64,000 nt of DNA, taken from Verrucomicrobiota bacterium (GTDB taxonomy: Bacteria > Verrucomicrobiota > Verrucomicrobiia > Limisphaerales > Palsa-1400). The stretch is taken from assembly GCA_049510745.1 (NCBI GenBank), contig JBEKYR010000015.1, positions 1 through 64,000 on the forward strand, written 5' to 3'. Both the position numbers and the translations under genes were made by a program. Position 1 is the stretch's first letter. Each line of letters opens with the position of its first letter. The notes below the pieces were generated by a model. That model saw only the letters and a list, made by a program, of their open reading frames with translations, made no database searches and was not told the DNA's origin. Positions 1 to 7,628 of the stretch are shown here, in pieces.

Positions 1-1469
1 GCCTGGAACCTGGCATTGTCTTCCATGAAGGGCCGGGCTTGCTCGACCAGTTTAAAGGCGCCCGTGTAATCATCCTTGTCGAGTAACTGCTCGATTTCCG
101 GCACCGCCGTTTCCAGCGCCCAATTGACGCTCCGCAGGCTTCCCCGTTCCTTCTCCGCCTCCCGCGCGCGCCGGGCCTGCCACACGCTGAGCATCGTACC
201 CAATATCAGCAGAACGGCAAACGCCCCCGCTGTCGCCAGCGCCCGGCGATGGCGCCGAACGCATTTGGCTGTCCGATAGCGCAAGGTCGGCGCCGCCGCG
301 CTCACCGGCTGATGATTCAAATGGCACTCGATGTCCCGAGCCAGGTCGTTGGCGGTTGCGTAACGGCGGGTGCGATCCTTTTCCAGCGCTTTCATCACGA
401 TCCAGTCCAGGTCCCCACGCACCAAATGAATCAGCCCGGGCGGCTCGGCTTTACGGTGGTTGGCGATGGCCGTCAGGTCCGCGCCCAGCATCGTGCTCAA
501 ACAAGTCGAGGGACGGGCCGGTTCCTGCTCCCGAATCGTGCGGCGGATTTCGTCCAGGCCGGCCTGGAGCAGTTTTTTGGTGTCAAAAGGCGTCTGGCCA
601 GTGAGCAATTCGTAGAGGAGCACGCCCAGACTGTAAATGTCGCTGCGGGTGTCAATATCCAGCGCGCTCATCTCCGCCTGCTCCGGACTCATGTAGGCGG
701 GCGTGCCGATGAATTGCTCAAAGGCGGTGAAGAGCGTTTTGTCGGTCAATTTGCCTTCCGTCGCCTTGGCGATGCCAAAGTCAATCACTTTGGGCACAGG
801 CACGCCGTCGTTCATCGTGACCAGGATGTTCGAGGGCTTGATGTCCCGGTGAATGATGCCTTTCTGGTGCGCGTGCTGAACGGCCCGGCAAACTTGAATG
901 AACAGATCAAGCCGTTCATGGGTGGAGAGGTTGTTCTGGTCGCAGTAATCGGTGATTTTGATGCCGCGCACCAGTTCCATGACGAAATAGGGCCGCCCGG
1001 TTTCCGTCGCGCCGGCATCCAGCACCTTCGCGATGTTGGGATGATCCATCAAGGCCAGCGCCTGCCGCTCCGCCTCAAAACGGGCAATGACCTCTTTGGT
1101 GTCCATGCCCAGCTTGATGACCTTGAGCGCGACCCGGCGCTGAACCGGCTCTTGCTGTTCGGCCATATAGACCACGCCGCAACCGCCTTCGCCGATTTGC
1201 TGGAGTAATTTGTAGCGGCCTATCCGGTCTCCGGCCTTCTCGGCGGGGGCGAAGGTCACGCGCATGGTTCCCCCCGCTCCCGGCGGAATGGCTGCCGGGC
1301 TTTCCAGAAAGGCACCTGCTTTGTCGCCGGCCTGAAGGAGTTCCTCGACACGCTGACGCAGTGCGGCGTTGCCGGCGCAGACCTGGTTGAGGTACGCGAG
1401 GCGCTCCGCGACCGGCAATTCCAGCGCGGCGTTGAAAACTTCAATTTCGCGTTCAGATGGCTGAGACAT
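1..1469 (-). CDS. Ser/Thr protein kinase with TM helix (3' end runs off window)
   Basis: Reverse complement from ATG 1469 (alt TTG 1475) reads MSQPSEREIEVFNAALELP..., near-identical to 33895..36972 through the kinase domain (GEGGCG, HRDIKPSN, DFG). Absent from the ORF track because it has no stop in the window. Confidence 0.93.
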   Translation of the reverse strand, partial: MSQPSEREIEVFNAALELPVAERLAYLNQVCAGNAALRQRVEELLQAGDKAGAFLESPAAIPPGAGGTMRVTFAPAEKAGDRIGRYKLLQQIGEGGCGVVYMAEQQEPVQRRVALKVIKLGMDTKEVIARFEAERQALALMDHPNIAKVLDAGATETGRPYFVMELVRGIKITDYCDQNNLSTHERLDLFIQVCRAVQHAHQKGIIHRDIKPSNILVTMNDGVPVPKVIDFGIAKATEGKLTDKTLFTAFEQFIGTPAYMSPEQAEMSALDIDTRSDIYSLGVLLYELLTGQTPFDTKKLLQAGLDEIRRTIREQEPARPSTCLSTMLGADLTAIANHRKAEPPGLIHLVRGDLDWIVMKALEKDRTRRYATANDLARDIECHLNHQPVSAAAPTLRYRTAKCVRRHRRALATAGAFAVLLILGTMLSVWQARRAREAEKERGSLRSVNWALETAVPEIEQLLDKDDYTGAFKLVEQARPFMEDNARFQ

Positions 1470-1493
1470 GGGCAAATTCAATCATTCACCTTC

Positions 1494-1523
1494 CAATGCG
1501 AAAAATCAGCCGAAAAGAGGCAA
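1494..1523 (-). promoter_or_regulatory. Putative ECF-type promoter TTGCC-N19-GCATTG
   Basis: Same bipartite motif with identical spacing at 33847-33876 and 36974-37003. Confidence 0.55.
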
Positions 1524-1587
1524 GCAGAAATGTTTTCTTTCCATTGGCCGAATACTCTGTTGACATAAGCTTCTTCAAGACGCAACT

Positions 1588-1815
1588 TTACACCCACATC
1601 CGCGTAATGCCATTGCTTTGGACATTGGTGCAGGCGCAAGGCGCCTGATCGCGGTGCGCGTGCGATGTTTCCAGCCCAACTTTCGCTTTGAACCCTTGGC
1701 ATTTATTGTCCAACAGGGTGATTAAAGATATGGCTGTGCTGCAAATGAATGATGCCACCTTGGCGATGTCATGAAAGGTCTGTTCTGAGACTACCCAAAT
1801 TAGCCTACTCAGCAA
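1588..1815 (-). pseudogene. GAF sensor domain remnant
   Basis: EQTFHDIAKVASFICSTAISLITLLD..Q.FKAKVGLETS...RDQAPCA resembles the GAF signature (FDDI..LA..IC.TPIALISLVD..RQWFKS.VGL....PRD.AFCAH); short, no partner domain. Confidence 0.7.
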
Positions 1816-1876
1816 TCATTAGCTTGAACCGTGCCAATCTGTAAATACGTGATAATAAACAACATGAAAAACAGAT

Positions 1877-1909
1877 GAGACGAGGGTTCGATTCCCTTCA
1901 CCCGCTCCA
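1877..1909 (+). repeat. att-like direct repeat = 3' end of tRNA-Gly (T-arm + acceptor + CCA)
   Basis: GAGACGAGGGTTCGATTCCCTTCACCCGCTCCA; 5' half of the tRNA absent; second copy at 32442-32508. Confidence 0.85.
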
Positions 1910-1970
1910 ACATCGATCAATGCGTTTATATTCAATTAGTTACGCACTTTACACATTCCCAAATCTCACA

Positions 1971-2082
1971 AAGTGAGAATAAAAGTGAGAATAATGATTG
2001 CGGAATTCTTGTTATCTGCATCTAAAAACCCCTCTTTTTCAGTGACTTAAAGCAATTCTCACAACGGATGAAAGTGAGAATA
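1971..2082 (+). repeat. Putative integrase arm-type sites (AGTGAGAATA x3)
   Basis: AAGTGAGAATAAAAGTGAGAATAA at 1971-1994 and AAAGTGAGAATA at 2071-2082; same tandem at 32351-32373. Confidence 0.65.
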
Positions 2083-2282
2083 CGATGGCGCTTTCGCCAC
2101 CACTTGCTTGAAGCCTTGGTCACTCGCTAACTCTCCGAGACCTGAAACCAACTCACCGCCATCTAAGGCGAACAGCCTGTCCCTTCGGCAGCAGATGTCG
2201 CGCAGGAGGAGCCTTCAGGCTGCGCAAAGCCCCCCGTTTTTTGGCTGTAATTCTCCCACCAAAATGAGATTATTGCCTGGAC

Positions 2283-5200
2283 ATGGCAAAACTGGAAGAC
2301 CTCACAACCGGAACGCTCGTCAAAGGCATTCTGCCGGATGCCTTGACCGAGTTGGTCAGTTCCAAATGGCATGGCTCAGACGTGCTTGAGGTCTTTTACA
2401 AGGACAGCTCAGGCCGCGTCGGAACAGAAATTCTTTTCCGTGACCGGGAGCCGGCCCTGCAAATTCTCACGACCGGGCGCCCTTGGAGTTTTGATGGCGA
2501 CGGCAGGCTTTTCCGGCTCGTGTCTGAGGCTCACAGAATCCGGTTGGCACACCTTTTTGACCCAATGGTGGCAGTCCACACGTCGCTGGTCGAACCTCTG
2601 CCGCACCAAATCACGGCTGTTTATGAAGCGATGTTGCCGCGTCAACCGCTCCGCTTTCTTCTCGCAGACGACCCTGGCGCGGGCAAGACGATCATGGCGG
2701 GACTGTTCATGAAGGAGCTTTTGATTCGTGGCGACCTCATGCGCTGTCTCGTTGTCTGCCCCGGCAACCTTGTTGAGCAATGGCAGGATGAGCTCTGGCG
2801 CAAATTTCACATGCCGTTTGAAATCGCCACGAACGATAAACTGGAGGCGGCGCGCACCGGAAACTGGTTTCGCGAAAATTCACTGTGCATCGCCAGGCTC
2901 GACAAACTCAGCCGGAACGAGGATGTCCAAGCCAAGCTCAAGGATACCGATTGGGACCTGATTGTTTGCGACGAAGCCCATAAAATGTCTGCCAGCGTCT
3001 TTGGCGGCGAGCCCAAATACACCAAGCGCTATCATTTGGGGCGGCTATTGTCCGGCCTCTCGCGCCATTTCCTTCTGATGACAGCCACGCCTCACAATGG
3101 CAAAGAAGAGGATTTCCAGCTTTTTATGGCGTTGCTTGACGGCGACAGGTTTGAGGGAACATTCCGTGACGGAGTGCATTCGACCGACGTTAGCGACCTC
3201 ATGCGCCGAATGGTCAAAGAGCGCCTGCTCAAATTCGACGGCACGCCGCTTTTCCCAGAACGTATCGCGTCCACTGTCAACTACCGTCTCTCCGATGGCG
3301 AGGCCCGGCTTTACAAGGAGGTCACGGAATATGTCCAAGAACAATTCAATCTGGCGGACAATCTCACGAGTGAAGGACGTCGTGGCACCGTTGGCTTTGC
3401 CCTGACTTCCCTGCAACGCCGCCTCGCTTCCTCGCCCGAAGCGATTTATCAATCACTCCGCCGCCGCCGTGAACGGTTGGAGAAACGGCTGCGCGAGGAG
3501 GAACTGCTTCGTCGTGGCGCGAGCGTTCCGATTGAGCCAACTGGCCCAATGCTTTCGTTGGACGATCTGGCCGAGCTTGAGGATGCGCCAAGTTCCGAAA
3601 TCGAAGAAGCGGAAGCCGAGTTCATTGATCAGGCGACCGCGGCCCAGACCATCGCGGAACTGCAAAAAGAGATCGGCATTCTCCGTTCGCTGGAATCTCT
3701 TGCTTTGGAGGTTCGTCGCAGTGGCAAGGATCGCAAATGGGAGGAACTTTCCAGCTTGCTCCAAGACAACGAAGACATGTTTGACGCCCATGGCCATCGC
3801 CTCAAACTCGTGCTCTTCACCGAGCATCGCGACACTTTAAACTATTTGGCGGGAAATCTCCGCACCTTGCTGGGCAAACCTGAATCGGTCGTCATAATCC
3901 ATGGCGGCATTGGCCGCGAGGAACGCGCCAAGAACCAGGAACTCTTCACCCAAGACAAAGACGTGCAAATTCTTGTGGCGACTGACGCCGCGGGCGAGGG
4001 CATCAATCTCCAGCGTGCCCACCTTATGGTGAATTACGACCTGCCTTGGAATCCAAATCGGCTCGAACAGCGATTCGGACGCATCCATCGCATCGGCCAG
4101 ACGGAGGTCTGCCATCTTTGGAATCTTGTCGCCGCAGAGACGCGCGAGGGTGCTGTCTATCAACTCCTCCTGACGAAGCTCTCTCAGGAGCGGGAAGCTT
4201 TGGGAGGAGAGGTGTTTGACGTTTTGGGCAAGGTGACGTTTAACGACCGCCCGCTCCGTGAGCTTCTCACAGAAGCCGTTCGTTACGGAAATCTCCCCGA
4301 AGTCCGCGCGCGCCTCTTTCAAATTGTGGAAAATGCCCTGGACCGGGAAAAATTGCGCGATTTGATCGAAGAGCGCGCCCTGGCCCACGACTCGATGGAC
4401 GCCTCGAAGGTCCGCCGTATCCGCGAATCAATGGAACGGATTGAAACCCGCCGCCTCCAGCCTCATTTTGTCGAAGCTTATTTCATTGCTGCATTTACGG
4501 AACTTGGCGGCGCGATTCGTGAGCGCGAACCGCGCCGTTACGAGATCACTTACGTGCCAGCCGTCTTGCGCCAACGCGACCGACAAACCGGAATCGGCGA
4601 CCCTGTTTTGCTCCGCTACGAACGCGCGACTTTCGAAAAAAGTCTGATCGCGCTCGCTGGCAAACCTGTCGCCGAATTCATCAGCCCAGGGCATCCCCTC
4701 CTGCAAGCCGTGTCGGACGTCCTTCTCGAACGCCAACGTGACCTGTTAAAGCGCGGAACCGTGTTGGTTGACGACCGTGAGTACGCCCCGGGACCCCGCG
4801 CATTGCTTTGTTTGGAACACGCCATCCAAGACGCGCGAACTGACCGTTCCGGAAGCCGGCACCTCATTTCCCGCCAGATGCAGTTCGTGGAAATCGATCC
4901 CAACGGCCAATGCCGCCCTGCCGGGTATGCTCCCTATCTGGATTATCGCCCGCTGAAAGAAGAGGAACTCCCTGCCGTCCAGCAACTATTCCAGGAGCCT
5001 TGGCTCAGCAAGCAATTGGAATCCCAAGCCATCTCGTATGCCATCACTCAATTGCTTCCAAGGCATATCATGGAGGTTCGCGATCACCGAACGGACCTGA
5101 TTGAGCGCACCCGTGCCGCTGTGCGCGAAAGGTTGACCAAGGAAATCAATTATTGGGATCATCGTGCTCAACAACTGCGCCTTGAAGAGAGCGCCGGCCA

Positions 5201-5798
5201 CGTCAATGCGAAACTCAACTCTGGAAAAGCCCAACAGCGAGCCGACGACCTCCAGGCCCGCCTGCAAAACCGTTTGCGTGAACTCGATCTCGAATCGCAG
5301 CTTTCACCACTGCCCCCGGTTGTCTTGGGCGGCGCGATAGTCGTTCCGGCAAGTCTCCTTCAAAAGCTCGCCGCGTCTCATCTTGCCGAAACGCCGCCGC
5401 CAAACACCTGCGATGCCGAAATGCGCCGCCGTGTTGAAATGCTCGCCATGCAAACCGTCATGGCCGCCGAGCGCCAGCTTGGTTTCGAGCCGCTGGACGT
5501 CAGCGCAGACAATCGGGGATTCGACGTGGAATCACGCATCACCGGCACCGGCAAGCTCCGCTTTCTGGAAGTAAAAGGTCGCGCGGTCGGTGCTGAATCC
5601 ATTACGATTACCCGGAACGAGATCATGACCGCGCTCAACAAACCTGACGACTTCATCCTGGCTATTGTAACGGTGGACGGCGACAAAGCCGACGCGCGTT
5701 ACGTCCGTCAACCCTTCCAGCGTGAGCCTGATTTCGCGGTTACCAGTGTGAACTACAGTTTGGCTGACCTGTTGAGCCGGGCCGCTCCACCCTCATGA
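2283..5798 (+). CDS. SNF2-family helicase with C-terminal DUF3883 (PD-(D/E)xK-like) domain
   Basis: LLADDPGAGKT, DEAH, TATPH, NYDLPWNPNRLEQRFGRIHRIGQ; C-terminal GFDVES...FLEVKG. Confidence 0.92.
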   Translation: MAKLEDLTTGTLVKGILPDALTELVSSKWHGSDVLEVFYKDSSGRVGTEILFRDREPALQILTTGRPWSFDGDGRLFRLVSEAHRIRLAHLFDPMVAVHTSLVEPLPHQITAVYEAMLPRQPLRFLLADDPGAGKTIMAGLFMKELLIRGDLMRCLVVCPGNLVEQWQDELWRKFHMPFEIATNDKLEAARTGNWFRENSLCIARLDKLSRNEDVQAKLKDTDWDLIVCDEAHKMSASVFGGEPKYTKRYHLGRLLSGLSRHFLLMTATPHNGKEEDFQLFMALLDGDRFEGTFRDGVHSTDVSDLMRRMVKERLLKFDGTPLFPERIASTVNYRLSDGEARLYKEVTEYVQEQFNLADNLTSEGRRGTVGFALTSLQRRLASSPEAIYQSLRRRRERLEKRLREEELLRRGASVPIEPTGPMLSLDDLAELEDAPSSEIEEAEAEFIDQATAAQTIAELQKEIGILRSLESLALEVRRSGKDRKWEELSSLLQDNEDMFDAHGHRLKLVLFTEHRDTLNYLAGNLRTLLGKPESVVIIHGGIGREERAKNQELFTQDKDVQILVATDAAGEGINLQRAHLMVNYDLPWNPNRLEQRFGRIHRIGQTEVCHLWNLVAAETREGAVYQLLLTKLSQEREALGGEVFDVLGKVTFNDRPLRELLTEAVRYGNLPEVRARLFQIVENALDREKLRDLIEERALAHDSMDASKVRRIRESMERIETRRLQPHFVEAYFIAAFTELGGAIREREPRRYEITYVPAVLRQRDRQTGIGDPVLLRYERATFEKSLIALAGKPVAEFISPGHPLLQAVSDVLLERQRDLLKRGTVLVDDREYAPGPRALLCLEHAIQDARTDRSGSRHLISRQMQFVEIDPNGQCRPAGYAPYLDYRPLKEEELPAVQQLFQEPWLSKQLESQAISYAITQLLPRHIMEVRDHRTDLIERTRAAVRERLTKEINYWDHRAQQLRLEESAGHVNAKLNSGKAQQRADDLQARLQNRLRELDLESQLSPLPPVVLGGAIVVPASLLQKLAASHLAETPPPNTCDAEMRRRVEMLAMQTVMAAERQLGFEPLDVSADNRGFDVESRITGTGKLRFLEVKGRAVGAESITITRNEIMTALNKPDDFILAIVTVDGDKADARYVRQPFQREPDFAVTSVNYSLADLLSRAAPPS

Positions 5799-6700
5799 TT
5801 CGCTATCTCCGTAATATCCAAAGCGACTTCGCCGGGTTTACTGAATTGACGGAATTGTATGCGGCTGCTCAGACGGACAAGTTCCCCGAAGTGGAAATCA
5901 ATCTTTCACGAATCACATCGTTTGATGCCAATATGTGCGCGCCGTTCGGAGCAGTGCTGGCCAAATTGGCCGACGCGTACAAAGTAATCAGCCTCGTCGA
6001 TGCCCCAAGCCCGTCCGGTTCCTCAAGCTCATATTATTGGGCCACGCCCCCGAAACCTACCATTCAGAGCACCCTCGAACGGAATGGGTTTCTCGCGAAC
6101 TTCGGATGGCCGCCGCCTAAAGACGCCAATCCGACGTCACTGCCTTACCAGCGCTTCAAGCTGGCCGAAACGAAGGTGTTTGATAAATATCTCGCGGCCC
6201 ACCTCCCCGGCAAAGGTCTTCCGACCATGACCAGCGATTTTGCGCTGCTTTTCCAACAGAGCCTTTTTGAAATCTTTGCCAATGCCTCGTGGCACTCCAA
6301 CTCCAAGCTTGGCGCTTTTTCCTGCGGCCAGTTCTTTCCAATGCACCACCGCCTCGACATCTCCATTGCCGACGCCGGCATTGGCATTCCTCGCAAAGTC
6401 AACGAAGCCTTCGGCGTCACCCTTTCTCCGGTGGCGGCGCTCCGATGGGCGCTCCGGGAAGGACACACAACCAAGAAGGGCCTTCCCGGAGGTGTCGGCT
6501 TGAAGCTGCTGAAAGATTTTATCCAGATCAACGGCGGTTGCGTGCAAATCGCTTCCGGCGGCGCATTCTGGGAATTCAAGGCGGGAAAGGAGACCTTTTG
6601 GCCTTTCGCTCAACCGTTCCCCGGCACAGCCGTCAACCTTGAAGTCAACACGGACGATCCCAGAATCTATCATCTTGCCGTGACGGGCGTTCAGGCATAA
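5795..6700 (+). CDS. GHKL/HATPase-fold ATP-binding protein with STAS-like N-terminus
   Basis: EIFANA..H, ISIADAGIGI, TTK....GGVGL, GTAV motifs. Confidence 0.8.
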   Translation: MIRYLRNIQSDFAGFTELTELYAAAQTDKFPEVEINLSRITSFDANMCAPFGAVLAKLADAYKVISLVDAPSPSGSSSSYYWATPPKPTIQSTLERNGFLANFGWPPPKDANPTSLPYQRFKLAETKVFDKYLAAHLPGKGLPTMTSDFALLFQQSLFEIFANASWHSNSKLGAFSCGQFFPMHHRLDISIADAGIGIPRKVNEAFGVTLSPVAALRWALREGHTTKKGLPGGVGLKLLKDFIQINGGCVQIASGGAFWEFKAGKETFWPFAQPFPGTAVNLEVNTDDPRIYHLAVTGVQA

Positions 6701-6712
6701 CAATGTTTCTTT

Positions 6713-7069
6713 ATGAGTGAACCAATCCTCTTACGAGTTTATGACGTTGTGGCTGGCGACCGCTGCGTGGACACAGCCGACGCCCAGCGGGTTCACGACA
6801 AAATCGCGCCTCTCTTGCGTAATGACACCGGGGTCGTTCTTTCGTTCGATGGCATCACCATGGTCATCACCGCCTTTCTCAACGCTGCCATTGGCCAGCT
6901 TTACGGCGAGTTTCCCGAAGAAAAGGTGGATCGCCTCGTTGAAGTACGCGACCTTCTGCCCGTTTTCAAAACGACGCGCGACAAATCGCGCGAATGGTCC
7001 AAAGCCTATTTCCGCGACCCGGAACGGATCAAGCGTAGTATCCAGGAGGTCATGGGAAATGAAGAATAA
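6713..7069 (+). CDS. STAS-like (DUF4325-type) protein
   Basis: VVLSFDGITMVITAFLNAAIGQLY motif; follows the HATPase. Confidence 0.8.
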   Translation: MSEPILLRVYDVVAGDRCVDTADAQRVHDKIAPLLRNDTGVVLSFDGITMVITAFLNAAIGQLYGEFPEEKVDRLVEVRDLLPVFKTTRDKSREWSKAYFRDPERIKRSIQEVMGNEE

Positions 7070-7628
7070 GGCCCTCGACGCACGCACGTATAAGTTCAGC
7101 ACCAAAGATCGAGTCTTAATCGATGCGAATGTGTGGATATACATTCATGGTCCATCCGTTCCGGGCGACCCAATTGTGCAGAGCTACGCAGCGATTCTGT
7201 CCAAGCTGCTTATGGCGAGCATCCGCCCTGTCCTGGACGTGCTTGTTCTCGGAGAATTTATCAATCGTTGTGCTCGCATCGAGTACGAGCGTCAGGATCC
7301 GCCGAATGCGAGCGGTAAACGAGTTTACCGTAATTTCAAAGATTTCCGCGGTTCATCCGCTTTTCCCCCAATTGCGAAGGACATCGCCAACAACTGCATT
7401 CCGCTTGTCGGCGCTTGTGACCGGGTAGACCACAGTTTTTCCGAATGGAAAATCGCCGACATTCTAAACGATTTCAGCACCGGCAGGTTTGACTGCACCG
7501 ATCAATTCCTTGTGGAGTCGTGCCGCAAGCATGGACTTTCATTGCTCACAAACGACAAGGATTTCACTGATGGCGGCATTACACTTCTTACTACCAACCC
7601 AAAGCTCCTTGCCGCCTGTCCCCCATGA
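7059..7628 (+). CDS. PIN-domain ribonuclease
   Basis: Start reassigned to ATG 7059; VLIDANVWI, E(FIN), D.TD, LLTNDKDF acidic tetrad. Confidence 0.85.
   Translation: MKNKALDARTYKFSTKDRVLIDANVWIYIHGPSVPGDPIVQSYAAILSKLLMASIRPVLDVLVLGEFINRCARIEYERQDPPNASGKRVYRNFKDFRGSSAFPPIAKDIANNCIPLVGACDRVDHSFSEWKIADILNDFSTGRFDCTDQFLVESCRKHGLSLLTNDKDFTDGGITLLTTNPKLLAACPP

Noticed and set aside
249..1208. 319-aa + strand ORF (also 33451..34806, 32565..33758, 51104..52723, 52869..54659 and similar long ORFs)
   Set aside because: Antisense shadows of well-supported genes in GC-rich DNA
1840..1910. Intact tRNA-Gly gene
   Set aside because: Only T-arm/acceptor 3' strand present; no 5' GCGGG, D-arm or anticodon arm at either copy
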